63,998 bases of DNA, filler included, from Reclinomonas americana ATCC 50394 (GCA_048213135.1; 9 parts of 4 records of this genome joined end to end with filler, not necessarily neighbours in it), one strand, 5' to 3'. Numbered from the whole stretch's first letter, positions 12,964 to 28,575 are shown. Numbers and translations: made by a program. Notes: generated by a model from the letters alone, not told the origin.

Positions 12964-14020
12964 CTCTCTCTCACACACACATACACACACACACACACAC
13001 GCACTCTCTCTCTCTCTCACACACACACAGAACGAACCGGTGGCACGTAGACGCGCAGCAAGCGATCTTCGTCAAATAGGTGCATATCGTGCACAATCAC
13101 GTCGTGCACGCGAGCAGACTGGGCGAACTCCTGCCGCACCACTTCTTCCGTGATTTCGCGCGTGGTGGTCATCACCAGCACGCGAGGCGGCATGGAGAGT
13201 GCCGAGATCTACACACCACGGTGAGCAAACATATCGCGAACAGCCAGCTGTTATGTCGACCACCACTCGTTTTGCGCACCTGCTTGAACGCACTGAGTGT
13301 GGCGTGGCACAGCAGCACCAGATCAGCGTGGGTAGCGACGTTCAGAATGAGCAGGTTGCAGACGCCGGCAATCAGCGTGGTAGCGAATTCGGCCGAGTTT
13401 CTGCGCACACACAACAACGTTGCGGTTGTCAGGGGCCGTGCAAAAAATGAACGAAAGTATCAACCGGACGAAACGCTGGCGCTGCGACTCCGGTGATGCG
13501 CACGTCATTGATCGACGGTGCCGCAAGCACGGCGACGTCACAATTCGGGTGTTCATCGCCAGGGTGAACGCACATGCCGGCCGACAGGAATGTTCCTTGC
13601 AGGAGAGGGATGTCGGTGGCCTCGCGGAAACGAGTGCCGAACAAAAAGTTGAGCTGCCGGGCTCTGTATGAAAACCAGTGAATTCCAAGCAGCAACCAAC
13701 GCACGCACAGATAACCGCAGGTAGCTGATATGCTCACTCAACTGTTGCGTGTTGCGGACGCCGATGGCACCGACTGTCAACACGCGAGGCATCTCACCAA
13801 TGTCGCCACCGCCCAGAATGACACTCGAGCCAAAGTGGCTCCAGCTCGGTGGCAGACCGCGGAAGGGCAGCATGCGCTCAAATGCAGTGAGGACAAGTTG
13901 TTGATCCAGTGGCTCCACACCGTTGCCGAAGACGCGGATACATCCGTTTTCCTCGGACCACATCAGGAATGCGTCCAAGATCGAGTTCAGCTGCGAACGA
14001 CTGTCAGTCATACATGCACA
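10657..14020 (-). CDS. Multi-exon protein ending in a divergent DH(RhoGEF)-like plus PH module; probably the C-terminal half of the macrodomain gene
   Basis: Spliced segments SPMRAMKYPNPLLVELIDFTPPDLYTYVD (resembles the DH PvQRxxrYxLLLxeLlkxTp motif), PDRKLIREAAL...IRLTLFND (start of a DH-associated PH domain) and TFWFQIEF...FCSCKDSE|RDSWVRTLREWRYS* (PH C-terminal helix with Trp); stop at 10657. Confidence 0.6.
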
Positions 14021-14024
14021 CCAC

Positions 14025-14384
<360 letters not shown>

Positions 14385-17300
14385 GACGAGCTCCTTCCCT
14401 CATACTCACCACTGGAGCCGCCTCGCGATATGCTGCCGAATCGTGGTCACCGGCTTCGAGGATCTCGCGATACGACTGCACAGGGGAGAAGAATAAGCAA
14501 ACGGACGAGACGGAGATTCGACAGAGAGAGGGAGGGAGGGTGAACAGATTTGAAGCACACCAGTAGTTCATGCCAAAAGTCGTGAATCGTGTACACGGCT
14601 GCTGTGGCGGCAGTCGGCACACACTCGCGCAATGCATTGTCAAACTGGCGGCACACATCGCACACGTCGCCGACACCGTCAAATGCATTCACGATCTCCC
14701 CAAGGAAGATCTTGACGGCCTCGCTGAGACCACTGTCGGCCGCGACCGCGTCAGCGCCGAATGGAACCTCGAATACTCCAGGGGACGGTGGAATGAGTAC
14801 CATGGCAGCCGCCGTGGCCGCTGCCGTGGTCACCGCCGGTCCCGCCAGAGCATCTTGACGCATGGCACGACGCCGACCTCGTTGCTGCACAGTGACGGTT
14901 GCGTTAGAGGAGGTCAAGAGCCAATGCACTGCACTACGCGCACACGCACCAACAAAAACTCCTTGGCCTGGATCGTGAACGGAAACAGTTCTTCGCGACT
15001 CGTTTGCACCAGAGCTGCAAGATGTTGAACAAAGACCTGCGTGATAATGTCATGCGTGTGTCAGCAAACGCGTCCGTCGGTGGAGATAGAGATGCAAAAC
15101 ACACAAAAGGACGAAACATGCATCTCGTCGGGACGAGACAATGTGAGATCCGGTTCTTCGGCAGCCGCAGAAAGCTGCCTTGCCTGACGACGAAGCTCCT
15201 CAATTTGCTGCGACAGCTCTTCCACTTGCGCTCGGTCAACGCTCTGTGTGCACTTGGCAGTCAGGTGGCTTGTCTTACAAAGTCTCCCGTGTACAAAAAT
15301 ACACACACCGCTGAAATCAGTCGACGACGACGGTCCACAAGCAGCTCCACCGACCGATCGAACTCGGCCACGCGCCGCCGGCACTCCATGATGTTCTCGT
15401 AGCGTTGCAGAGTGGTCGCATTCTCGTGTTGCAGCTCTGCCAGCTCCTTTATAGTTCCATTGATTTCGGCAGCGACGCAGCACAGGGCGGAGAACACCTC
15501 ATTGGCGGTGGCTCTGTCACTCAGACTCTGTGCATGAAGCGAACGAGGTCAATCAGAGTGTGCACAGGTGCGCATTCGCGTCATCAGGATAAGCTGGAAC
15601 GCACCTTTTCTTCCACGTCGATCTCACGAGTGACCGCCATGCGCCACTGCGACACATCGGTACGCGGCAACATCCACTGCGTGGTCTCGCTGGCCGTGCG
15701 AATGCGATCGCGATACATGTCGCACCACATGAAGGCCAGATCGCAGGCCTCTGCGCACGCGAGTCATGCGATTCAGAATGAGTGTGCACACAGATACACG
15801 CGCGCGAGGTGCAGCACGCAACGTCGAAGATCCGTATCGGCAAATCCACAAGCAACGTCACCAACGGCGGCAAACTCGAATGCCTCGCGGAACTGCTGCA
15901 GCACCTCGCCAATCTCGTTTTGCATGCTGAAAATACGATCGAGGTCTCGACGGATTTCGTCCGTCAAATCCTTGGCCTTTTGCACAGCACGCCGGCACGA
16001 CGCCGCCCTCAAGCGGCTCAGCTCACGCACCTCCGCCGACAGGTGATGATTCGCCATGGAGTGCCCACCAGCCGGTCTCGCCGATCGCGATGACAGACTC
16101 ATGCTCGACACGGCAATGCTCAGTCGTTGATGCGCCGATTCAGCCTCGCTGGTGGCATCGACCACCTCGACACGCAGTTGAACCACACGCTGCGTAGCCA
16201 TGCTGGCCCGATTCCCTGGTTTCACTTGATCCAACTGTCACCACACACACCCAGATCAAATCAGCTACCGATCGCAGAGTCTGTCAATCACCGCCACCAA
16301 CGCAACTCGACCCGTGCTGCGCATCCGCAGCAAGAAATCACAGGCCTTCATCATGCCGGCGGCGCGGAGTCGCTCGCGGCGAAGACCCTGCAGACCGTCG
16401 ACCATGCGTTGCAGATCCACATCGTTGGCCACTCGCATGAAGCGCTCAACCACGATACGAGAATCTGCCTCGGCCGGCAACGGGGGGAACACCGGCGCCG
16501 GGGGAGCACCAATGTATGCCGACATGATGCGGTCGAACTGTGGTGAGAGCGGTGTGAGTGCACACACAATATAACCAATAATGTAAGCACGTGTGACGCC
16601 AAACCTCGTCGGCAAAGATGTCGCTCATGTTGTCTTCTGCGCGCAGAACGATGCGCACATCACACAGCGAGGAGCCCGTCCCGTACATTGTGTCGAAGAA
16701 TTGCGAAATGGAACGCAGCATCACAGTGGCGGCCGAACCCTTCGGGAACTCTGCGAGACGCACGCCCAGTGAGTGAAACGAGGAGAAGGAGGAGCAGATC
16801 GTGGCACTCGGCACGCACTGGCAAAGCCGCAGCCAATGGCCGGGAAGGCCAGCGACTCGCACTGCTTCTCCGTCGCCTCTTCCAGGCACCGAAAGACAGC
16901 GCGACCGAGAAGCTCCTCAGTGGCAACCCAGTTCGTCTCTGCTTCGTCATGAGAGCTGTCCGCATCGGCTTCGGCTTTCTTTTGTGGACCATCTGACGAC
17001 ACGAGAGAGTTCCACAAATGGGTCAGCGGACAGTGGCGAACGACGACGGCGACGACCATGAGACGCAACTTGTGTGCACAATCCACTTGATCAGGTGCTT
17101 TTCGGCCAGTTGTGAGCCTCCAGGGGCAATCACCGCCTACAGCGTGGGGTAAGTGACATGGCGACGGAGGCATAAGCACTCGTGGGATGTGTACCTCGCC
17201 AGAGGGAAGCTCCGCCTTCTTGATCGGCGACGCGGCCTTGGCAGCAGCCACGGCATAGCTCTCCACATCACTGCCACCAGCGTCCTTCAGTGCACGACTG

Positions 17301-17939
17301 ACTCCAGTCACAAACCGCACATTGGGGTTCGACGTGTTGACGACAGCAGTGACGGGGAAGTCGAGCAAGTTGCCCTCGAACACCTGTGGACGATGAGTGA
17401 GAAATTGTCCGCCTCCAAGAAGCGAGACCAACAGAGGCGCGTCACACCTGAATGCGCCGTCCCTCGTGCGACACAAAGCGCCGCAGGACATGCGAGGGGA
17501 GCACCGTCGGCGGCACACAATGCCCGCCCAGTCGCTTGCTGTCCGCCAATACTGCCGCGCGTCTCTCTGGCGACGCAAACATCTGCGACGGCAACAGCAG
17601 CGGTGGCTCGGGTGACTGCGACAGTGGCGGCGACGAGAAGAGCCGACTGCCCGAGTCGTTGCGTCGCGGAGGCGGCGGAGTGGCGACATCAGTCACCAGT
17701 CCAATGGCGCTGGAGGCGAGCATGCGGCGTGCGCTGGCTGCGGCTGAGGCTGCGGCGTTGGTGGGTGCCACTGGCAAGGTGGGAGAGGAGTGGCTGGCGG
17801 GCAGATCATCGTCGTCGACAAAGCGATCCTGATCGCGAGGAGAGTACGCGGATTGAGAGGCGGCACTGGGAACGGATGTTGCGCCCTGTGCTGGTGTGGT
17901 GCGCGAGGTCGGCGAGTCCTTGCTCTGACTGGTGCCCAT
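14385..17939 (-). CDS. N-myristoylated macrodomain protein with a helical/coiled-coil region; multi-exon, continues to the contig break
   Basis: gccATG start encoding MGTSQSK (MGxxxSK); Macro motifs VFEGNLLDFPVTAVVNTSN...GVSRALKDAGG and CLEEATEKQCESLAFPAIGCGF; downstream helical exons. Confidence 0.75.
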
Positions 17940-18036
17940 GGCGTGCGCTCTCTCGTCGCCGCGACAATGTGTGTGTTCCGTTTTGCTCGGGAAATTGGAT
18001 TGTGAGGATTGCGCGCCACGACGACGACGTCGACCC

Positions 18037-19434
18037 ATGACAGCGGCTGGTGTGCCTGTGTGGGAGTACACGGGACTGCAAGGCGGAGGCCTTCGCATGG
18101 CGGTCTCATGTGGATCACCGCAAGTTGCGCGCTGATTCTCGAACTCTTATCTGTCGTTCTTCCGTTCACATCACTGAGCGCAGATGGTGGCGGTGGCCGG
18201 CAACTCCGGGAGCGCGCATGTTCTGGATGTTGCGGATGGGAGGCGACTGCACAAGATCAAGGGCGGCCTCACGGTGGCGTTTTCGCCCACGGATCCGAAC
18301 CTGCTCGTCACCACCGTGTATCCGGACGACGAGGACGACGAGGAGGGAGAGCACGGTGTGACGGCGTGGACAGTCGATGCAGAGTCGGTGCAGCTGCGAT
18401 GGAGGAGCACGGGGCACTCGGATGTGGTGACGTCGTTGGAGGTGTCGCGAGACAATCGAGTGGTGCTGAGTGGCAGCGACGACTGCACGTTGCGGGCGTG
18501 GTCGGTGGCGACGGGGGAGTGTGTGGGCATGTTCGCCAGCGACGACTACGAAGAGGTCATGTCGCTGGCGCTGATCCGAGACTACGGCGACCTGTTGGTG
18601 GTGTTTTCGGTCGGTCGTTGCTTGTGCTGGTGGCGCGTGGCGACGCAGGAGGTGGAGCGGCGCGTCAGCACGCCATCGCCGGTGCTGAGCATGGCAGCGT
18701 CGCGCGATCGGCAAACGGTGGCCACCGGGCACGTGGATCGTGCCGTGCGGCTGTGGTCGGCCGACTCGGGCGACTTGCTGTGCACGATGAACCTGTCGGA
18801 GGCGCAGTCGGCGCGCGTGCGCAGCTGCTGGGTACGGTCGGTGGTGTTTGCCGCCGACGGTGTGCACTTGCTCAGCAGCTCCAACGGTGAGTCCGTTCCG
18901 GTGCAGGCCGTGCACGCTGCAGGTACCGGTGTGCTTACTTGAGTGCAGAAAACTGTGTCTGGGTGTGGGATCGTCGCACGCCGACGGCCAGCATCGCCAT
19001 CGTAGAAACCAGCGGCAGCGATGCGAGTGGCAGTGCACGTGGTGGGCGCGTAAGTGGAGCTGCATCGCCGTGCCTTTTGTCGAATCCCGAGGACCTCCTC
19101 ACCATCAGCGCGTGCGGCGTACAACGGTGGCCTGCCGGTAAGCACGACGCTGGTGATACACAGCGGCCGGTGCCTCACTTTGTGCATCATGTACACAGGT
19201 CCGTGGAGCGCGCGGTGGCACATGGAACTCGAAGTTGCCGCTGCGCTGTCGGCACGTCGTGCGCTGACTGCCGAGCTGCAAGGAAATGCAGACGACGACG
19301 ACGACGACAGCGGCGAACCACTCCCACTCGTCGTACTGCGGTGCTTCATCAGCGAAGACGCGCAGGCGACGCTGTGGAGACTGTCGGAACAACAGTTGGC
19401 CGTCTTGTCCTGTCATCACGATCTACCATCATAA
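18037..19434 (+). CDS. WD40-repeat protein
   Basis: Exons 18037-18123, 18184-18886, 18949-19137, 19199-19434; repeats TGHSDVVTSLEVSRDNRVVLSGSDDCTLRAW and VLSMAASRDRQTVATGHVDRAVRLW. Confidence 0.8.
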
Positions 19435-19439
19435 AAAAA

Positions 19440-20466
19440 ATGACGGCTGTCGCGCGCACCGTGCCACACACCAACTTCACCGCGGTGCCTGTCGCCCAGC
19501 CATTCTGCGCACTCTCTCGCTACCTGTTTGTGCGCGAAAACGAGGCCCCAACACCCGACGCCGGCACCACCACCACTGCACTATTCGTGGTCAATGTGCC
19601 GCCGAGTGAGAGCGACGCACGTGCGCAGATCACTCGCGCATTCCAGCGCAAGAGCACCGATGCACCCGTGGTCATTGGCAGCATGACACCCGCCGTCTCC
19701 ACCGCAGGGCCCTCCACCGACGTGCGACGTGCGCGCCAGCAACTGTTGCGCTCTTCTCCCGCACACACTGTCTCTCTCTGCGCTGTGACTGACTCCTCTG
19801 CCACAAACACACACACAGCGAGCTGCTGCATCCACTGTCGGAGGTGGCGGTGACCGAGAGCGCACGCGCGGGCTTTGCGTTGGTGCCAGGCGCCGATCGC
19901 CGCGCCATCCGCATGTCCACCTCTGCCACCACAGGCACGCGCGCAGTGGAGGCGACAGAGCACGGACTCGGCGTGTACGTGACGCGGTATCGTGCACGGC
20001 GTCGCGTGCCTCGCGAGCTGCAAGCCGAGGTCGATACCTTCATGCGTCGCTTTGATGAGATGGAGCGGAGAAAGGAGGAGGAGCTGGAGACGCGTGCGCG
20101 CAGTGGGCCCGACGCCGATGGGTTCATCACGGTGCTGCCGACGAAGCGACAGAGTGTGCGGATGGAGGCGGCGGGTGGCGCCAAGGCCGTCGGCGATGCG
20201 TTTGATTTGGTCGATGCCGGTGTCGATGTGGGGGAGCCGGCGCAGAAGCGCGCCAAGACGACGGGCGGTGAGGCTATTGTCGACTTTTATCGCTTCCAGA
20301 GGAGAGAACGCAAGCGCGAACGTTGCGTCGTCGTGAGTGGAAAAGGTGCGTCGATCTTTTTCTAAACTTGTTGCATGCAGAGCTGGCCGACTTGCGACGC
20401 AAGTTCGAGGAGGACAAGGCGCGCATTGCCAAGATGCGTGGCCAGCGCAAGTTCAAGCCCTTCTAG
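19440..20466 (+). CDS. RRP7: Ribosomal RNA-processing protein 7 (Rrp7/RRP7A)
   Basis: LFVVNVPP, LQAEVDTFMRRFD, PDADGFITV, DFYRFQRRERKRE|QLADLRRKFEEDKARIAKMRGQRKFKPF*; introns 19745-19818 and 20322-20380. Confidence 0.92.
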
Positions 20467-21371
20467 TGTACGCCGAACCCTTGCCTTGTTTTGCTATTAC
20501 CCTGTTAGAAAGAGAAATAAATCGTCGTCATGCATGCATGTGGTTTCGAGCGATCAGAAGTTTTGTGTACAACTCGGCTCGAGCGAGGCGCAAAGGACGC
20601 AAAATGAGACCCAAGGCTTTTCTGTGCATGGACACCAGGAAAGAGGAAGGAGGAGGAGGAGGAAGGGAGGAAAAAGTAAATAAAAAACGCGGGCGCGCCG
20701 CCACTGTCACTCGAGAAGAGAAAATCAACCAACCGTCGTGCTTCTTCACTTCCCTCCCCCTCCCTGCTGTCCATTTAGCANNNNNNNNNNNNNNNNNNNN
20801 NNNNNNNNNNNNNNNNNNNNNNNNNNNNNNNNNNNNNNNNNNNNNNNNNNNNNNNNNNNNNNNNNNNNNNNNNNNNNNNNNNNNNNNNNNNNNNNNNNNN
20901 NNNNNNNNNNNNNNNNNNNNNNNNNNNNNNNNNNNNNNNNNNNNNNNNNNNNNNNNNNNNNNNNNNNNNNNNNNNNNNNNNNNNNNNNNNNNNNNNNNNN
21001 NNNNNNNNNNNNNNNNNNNNNNNNNNNNNNNNNNNNNNNNNNNNNNNNNNNNNNNNNNNNNNNNNNNNNNNNNNNNNNNNNNNNNNNNNNNNNNNNNNNN
21101 NNNNNNNNNNNNNNNNNNNNNNNNNNNNNNNNNNNNNNNNNNNNNNNNNNNNNNNNNNNNNNNNNNNNNNNNNNNNNNNNNNNNNNNNNNNNNNNNNNNN
21201 NNNNNNNNNNCGCAGGGGGGAGGTTACACAAGTGCACAAGCAGCAGCGGCGGCGGCAGCAACCCGACCAAAAGAAGAAGAGTAGAGTGACAGACAGAGAG
21301 AGATAGGAGGAGAGAATGAAAAAATAATGCAGAGAAAAGCGCAGCCGCACGCGGTGGTGACGGGCGAGCGC

Positions 21372-22697
<1,326 letters not shown>

Positions 22698-22847
22698 TGT
22701 GTATGTGTGTGGTGGTGGTGTGGTAAAAGCGAGAAAGGGTGCGCGCGCGCAAAGAGCAAAATCGAAGGGTATAACGGGCTCCTGGATGCCAGTCGGCCGA
22801 AATGGACCGTGGACTTTGTGACGAGAAAACCCCTTCAAGACGCAGCC
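22698..22847. promoter_or_regulatory. Putative bidirectional promoter shared by calmodulin and CAND1 (150 bp between start codons)
   Basis: Divergent ATGs at 22697 (-) and 22848 (+). Confidence 0.55.
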
Positions 22848-25800
22848 ATGTCGTTCAGCATCCCTCAAGTGATTGAGAAGGTACGCGCAACGTGGATGCA
22901 GTGATCACGGAGGCGGGCGGGGCGCTCTTCCTTGTTTCTGCCATGCATGTTGTCCGCTCGTTCCCTCTCTCTGCTCCCTCTCTGTCTCTCTTCCCCTCGC
23001 CACTTTGTGTGTGTGTTTGTATGCACGTTGGCACACTCTTTGCCATGCGCCTGTGCGTGTGTCTGTGGGCGACTTTGAATTTTTCCTGGTCGACCATGTC
23101 AGAACAAATATACACAAGCACTCTGTTGTCTCACTTTCTTGCTCTGTGCACACACACTCTCTCGTGCACACAGAGAAATGCACACACGCACACACCACGC
23201 ACATCATCAGTCTTCATGAGATGACGTGATTTCGCATTTGAAGTAGCCCTCATGAAAGTCACTTTCTCTCTCTGTCTCTTCTCCTCTCTCTTCTCTCTCT
23301 CTCTTGCACCTCTTGTGCCACACAGTTCCGGTCGCCGGACAAGGATCTCCGGTACATGGCCTTGAACGACCTCAATGCGGAAATGTCAAAGGAATCGTTC
23401 AGGCTGGACGAGAGCGGTGCGCGCAGTCTCTCGGAGGCACTGCTCGGCATGCTCGACGACGCCAACGCCGAGGTGCAAACCATGGCCATTCGCTGGTCAG
23501 TGCGCGCACCTCTCCCTCTCTCTCTCACATTCCCATCCTCCTTGCTGTACTCATGTTGTACGTGCAGCATGGTGCCGATTGTGTCAAAGATCCCCGAGAC
23601 GCTGATCAGCGATCTGTGCGACCAGCTGTGCACACGAGTGTTGGGCGCCTCCGATGCGCAGCGTGAGATCTCGGCCATCTCGTTGAAGACCATTCTGCAG
23701 CAGCTGCCGCACAAGTACTCGTCGTTTGTGTTGCGCCGCGTCGGACCGCGCATTGTGGCAGGTGCGCGCGATGGTGCCTCCAACGAGGTCAAGGGTCAGT
23801 GCCTGGAGATTCTCGTTGAGCTGTTGAAGCGCTTTGGTGGCCTGCTGGCCGCCGAGCACGACTCGCTGCAGGCGGCCGTGATTCCACAGGTTACGCAATC
23901 TCTCGCTCGCTCCCTCTGATCCCAAGATTCACACTCAACATCATCATCATCATCGTCCTTCGTCCACAGTTGGCGGCCTCCAACGACGCCGTGTGCAAGC
24001 GCGCGATTACTGCTCTGGCCACTCTGTCGATGCACTCGTCGGACGATTTGCTGGACTCGCTCATGTCGTTGCTGCTGGCGCAAGATCCGCACCCGGTGGG
24101 AGTGTCGGGCGAGATCACGTTGCACACGTACATTCAGACGACGGGCGCCATTTCGCGCTCATGTGGTGCACGGCTCGGCCGCTACCTCAGCCGTGTGATC
24201 CCGCTGCTGCTGGAGAACGCTCACGCAGTGGAGGGTGACGATGGCGAGGCCGACGAGACGCGTGAGCACATTTTGCAGGCGCTCGAGTCCATTGTGCTGC
24301 GGTGTCCGCGCGAGGCCGCCGGTCACGTGGACGTGATTGTCGATTTCTGCAAGGAGATGTTGGTCTACGACCCCAACTGGGACACGAGCATGGATGTGGA
24401 CGAGGAGGGTGGTGACGAGGAGATGGACTACTCGGGCGATGAGTTGTTGCGTGTGCGACGCGTTGTGCCAGAAATAATTCGCCACCAGTTGACTGATGTG
24501 ATGATGGTCGTGTGTATGTATGTAGCGAGGAGGAGGATGGGTACTCGGACGACGACGACGTGAGCTGGAAGGTGCGCAAGGCCGCCTGCAAGTGCCTCAC
24601 GGCGGTGATGAACGTGCACCCGGAGATGCTCGACCGTTTGTATGCCAAGGTGCGCATGATGATAAAGAGAGGGTGTCCCTGGTCGCCTCTCGCTCGTGTC
24701 ACCCGCTCTCGATATCTTTGGAGATGCTGCATCTTCACATCGTGTTCTCTCTCCTCCTCTCATCCTCTCTTCCTGTCGTTCTTGGTCAACTCTCGTCTCT
24801 CTTTTTCTCGATTTCGTTCAAGCTGTTGCATCTTTACATTTTCTACTCCCTTTTGCCACTGACACTTCTTTCACCCGCACAGCTGGCTTCCCCCGGCGAC
24901 CGTCTGCTGGTCGATCGCTTCCGCGAGCGCGAGGAGAACGTGAAGGAGGAGGTGATGAAGACGATGTTGGCGCTGTTGAAGCAGTCGGTCATTATCGGAT
25001 CCAAGTTTCGTCTGCACTTCGCCATCTGCGCTGCATCCTCGTCATTGCTCGTAAATGTAACCAATCGTTGCGCGCACAGCCAAGACATTCGTCGCCGCCC
25101 CGGTGTGATGGAGAACCTGACGGCGATCCGCGACCAAGTCGTGTCGTCGACGATTCGCGAGATCAAGAAGGCCAAGAAGCCCGATGTGCGCACGACCGGT
25201 CTCACTCTGCTCAAGCAACTGGTCGTTGTGCTGGTATGTGGTGTTTGTTTCCTCACCGCCCCCCTCCTTCTGCCTTCGCTTCGCCCCTCCATCTTGTCGC
25301 TGTATATTCTCCCTCTCTCTCTCTTCATCTCTGCTCTGTCTGCTGTCACCGCTCTCCTCTTCCTTCCAAGATGAAACATTTCTTCTCTCTGTTTCACCCT
25401 CGCTCATCTCTCCGCGCAATCCTTTTCTGGCCTGTTGCTCTCTCTCTCTCCCGCCCATCACTCATCGCTGACTTTGACTGTGTCAGAACGGCGGATTGGA
25501 GGGTCACATTAGCGCGCTGCTGCCGGTGCTTGTCGACGCCGTTGTGGAGCGCTCGACCAACTCGTCCAATGTCAAGTCCGTCGGTCTCTCACTGGCCCAC
25601 ACGCTGGTGCAGTTCCACGACGCACGCCTCCTCACGGGTGTGTACGCCAACATTAGCAAGGCCGTGTTCTCCTGCGTGGAGGATGCGTATGCCAAGACCA
25701 TGGCCGACGCACTGCGTGTGTGCCGCAACTTTGTGCCGGTGGTGCAGGCCTTCCGAGTTGCGTGGGAGTAATCGTTTCCTTCTTTGTCTGTTTGTTTCGC

Positions 25801-28436
25801 TGATCTTGGAGGCGAGCAGGCGAGCGGATCGCCCGACTTCCAGCGCCACGTCACCGCTCTGTTCGGCGTGGTGGTGGGCCGTCTGCAAATGCAGGACATT
25901 AACCAGGATGTGAAGGAGGCCGCCATCAACGCCATTGCCGACATTATCGCCGCCTTTGGCGATGTGGTGCCGCTTGATGAGGTGTGTGTGTTTCTCTCTT
26001 GCGCCCTAGCCCTCCTCTCTCGCTAATCCCCTGTTTTCAACAAAGGCACTGTCGCTGCTGCTGGACCGCCTGCGCAACGAAATCACTCGGTTGACGACGG
26101 TCAAGGCGCTGCGCTCGATTGTGGCCACGCACGCTCGTCGCCTGGACCCGATCATGCGCGAGTTGATTGCCGAACTCATCTCGTTCTTGCGCAAGAACGA
26201 CCGAGCTCTGCGTGCTGCCGCCATTCAGTCCTTGGCCAGCCTCATCACCGCGTACCCGGCGGCGTTTGCCGGCGACACCTACGCGCACCTGCTCGGCGAG
26301 TTGTCGCAGACGATTACCGGTGCCGACCTGTTCCTCGTCCAGCTGGCCGTGCGTCTCGCCGTCACAGTGCTCGGCGCCGATGGCTCCACTGCCGGCGCCG
26401 TGTACGAGTGCGTCGGACGACCGCTGTTTGTGCTCCTCCGCGGCGCGCTGCTGCAAGGCAACGCCATGGAGGTGTGTGTCTCTCTCCTCTCTCCCTTTCA
26501 TTGTCATTGTCATCATGGTGCTCACCAATTCATCCACAGCCTGTTCTGCGTCTGTTCAGTGGCCTGGTGCAGGCCGGAACTCCGGGCTTCCGTGTGCTGT
26601 GCGACTCCGTACTGGACATGCGTGCCTCGTCGGCCGAGGAGGCATCGCTGGGCAAGCAGGCGTACGTCTCACTGGCGCAAGCTCTGGCCGCCATGTGCTC
26701 GGTGGCCACGGCACAGGAGCGCTCCTCGACGGTGCAGCAGTTGGTGCACACCATGCAGCGTGCCGGCGCGGACGATCCCAGCCGCATTCTCGGTCTCTAC
26801 TCACTGGGTGAGATCTCGCGCTCGTTCGACGTGGAATCGGTGGTGCACCAGGTGCGCGACGAAGTGATCAAGTCGTTCGACGGCCCGGAGGAGGTGCGCA
26901 GTGCCGCCGCCGTGTGCCTCGGCAACATTGCGGCTGGCGCGCTCGACAAGCACCTGCCGTTCATTCTCGGCGAGATTCGTGGCGGCTCGCCGCACAAGTA
27001 CACCCTGCTGCGCTCATTGAAGCAGGTGATTGACGGTGCGGCTCCAGCGCAGCTGCAGTCGCGCGTGTCGGACATTGTGCCGCTGCTGGTGGGCAGCGTG
27101 GAGGCCGGCCAGGATGTCGGCGTGCGAAACATTGTGGCCGAGTGCCTGGGCAAGCTGATTGTCACCAACCCGCCGGCGTTGCTGCCGACGATTCGAGTTG
27201 CGTGGAAAGAAATCGCTCGCGTGATTCGTGAGCTTCTAACGTGCCTTGTGTGCGTGCAGGAGGGCATGGACAGGTCGCTCAACATGCGCGTGGTGTCCAT
27301 CACGGCACTCAAGTCGGCGCTGAGCGAACCAGGCATTGGCGACGGTTCAGTGCTGGCCGACGATGTGCTGCGGACGCTGTCGATGCTCAACCCGGGACTC
27401 GATCTGGTGCGTGAAGAAAAAGAGGGGGGAAAGGGTTGAGGGTGGATTGCTGATGGGCCTCACGACTTGCAGGAGGTGCGACGTGCTCTGGTGCTGCTGC
27501 TGAACAGCTGCGTCCACAACAAGGCGCATCTGGTGCGCGACCACCTGCACGAGATTGCGCCGCTGGTGTACGTGGAGACACCAGTGAATGTTGCGTCTGG
27601 TGTCGTGTCCACTCCGCTGTGTTTTTGTTGCCTGACTGACGTGTGTGTGCGCGCACGCTCCAACAGCAAGCGCTGCTGCGACAAGTGGATCTCGGTCCAT
27701 TCAAGCACCAGGTCGACGATGGCCTGGAGCTGCGCAAGGCTGTGTTTGAGTGCATGGATGCCCTGCTGGAGAGCTGCTCGGAGGTGAGTGACTGGGGAGA
27801 AGGGGCGGAGTAAGTCCTGGTTGGTGGCTGACTCGTCAGTTGTTTTTCGCAGAGCCTCCTGCTGGCCGACTTTGTCAGTGCCTTGATCGTGGGTCTCTCC
27901 GATCCCGACTACGACATTCGCATGCTCGTGCACCTCATCTTTGGCAAGTTGGCGCAAGTGGCACCCTCGTCGCTTCTGCCTGGTGCGTTGTGTGCTGACG
28001 ACAGTGCGCGTGTCGTCGCCATACCCTTCCCATTTACATGCTGTTTGCAGTTCTCGACGAATTGGTGGCGCCGCTGAAGGTGACGCTGGAGACCACGGCG
28101 AAGAAGAATGCCGTGCAGCAGGACGAGGATCGCGTGAAGGAGCTGATTCGAAGTGCCGTCAAGGCATGCCGTCTCATTTCGATTGCACTGGTTGGTGTTC
28201 TCTCTGTCAGCCAGTCGGTTTTTTGTGATCTCACTCCATTGCTGCAGGGCACGGAGAGTGCCACGTCACAAAAGGCGCCCGACGCACTCGGCTCTGGTGC
28301 TTTCCACGAGCTCGTCACCAAGGTCATTCGCGCCAAGGACGATCTCAAGTCGTTGTACGAGAGCGGTGATTTGGACGCACCGACGACACCCACGCCGCCG
28401 CCGAATGAGGGCACGTCGGGCAACCCGTTCCGTTGA
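22848..28436 (+). CDS. CAND1: Cullin-associated NEDD8-dissociated protein 1 (CAND1/TIP120), 17 exons
   Basis: [103 protein letters not shown]; all 16 introns reconstructable as GT-AG. Confidence 0.96.
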
Positions 28437-28575
28437 AGCGGATCATGCACACCACACGCACGTTGAACCTTGCTGCACTGCGTCTGCCATCCAATGAAAA
28501 AAACAACACGGAGCTGACCTATTGCGGGGTGTCTTACACATCGTCTACTGGCGGCAAGGATGAGGAAGAGGACGC

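Noticed and set aside
25751..25825. Non-GT (TT...) intron starts as an alternative reading of the GTTGCG sites
   Set aside because: The reading is only ambiguous when the next exon begins with G. Cases such as 27590, 39998 and 45757 require standard GT-AG boundaries.
28161..28247. GC-AG intron in CAND1 (AAG|gcatgc)
   Set aside because: A downstream GT donor at 28191 keeps the frame and retains the expected helical residues.
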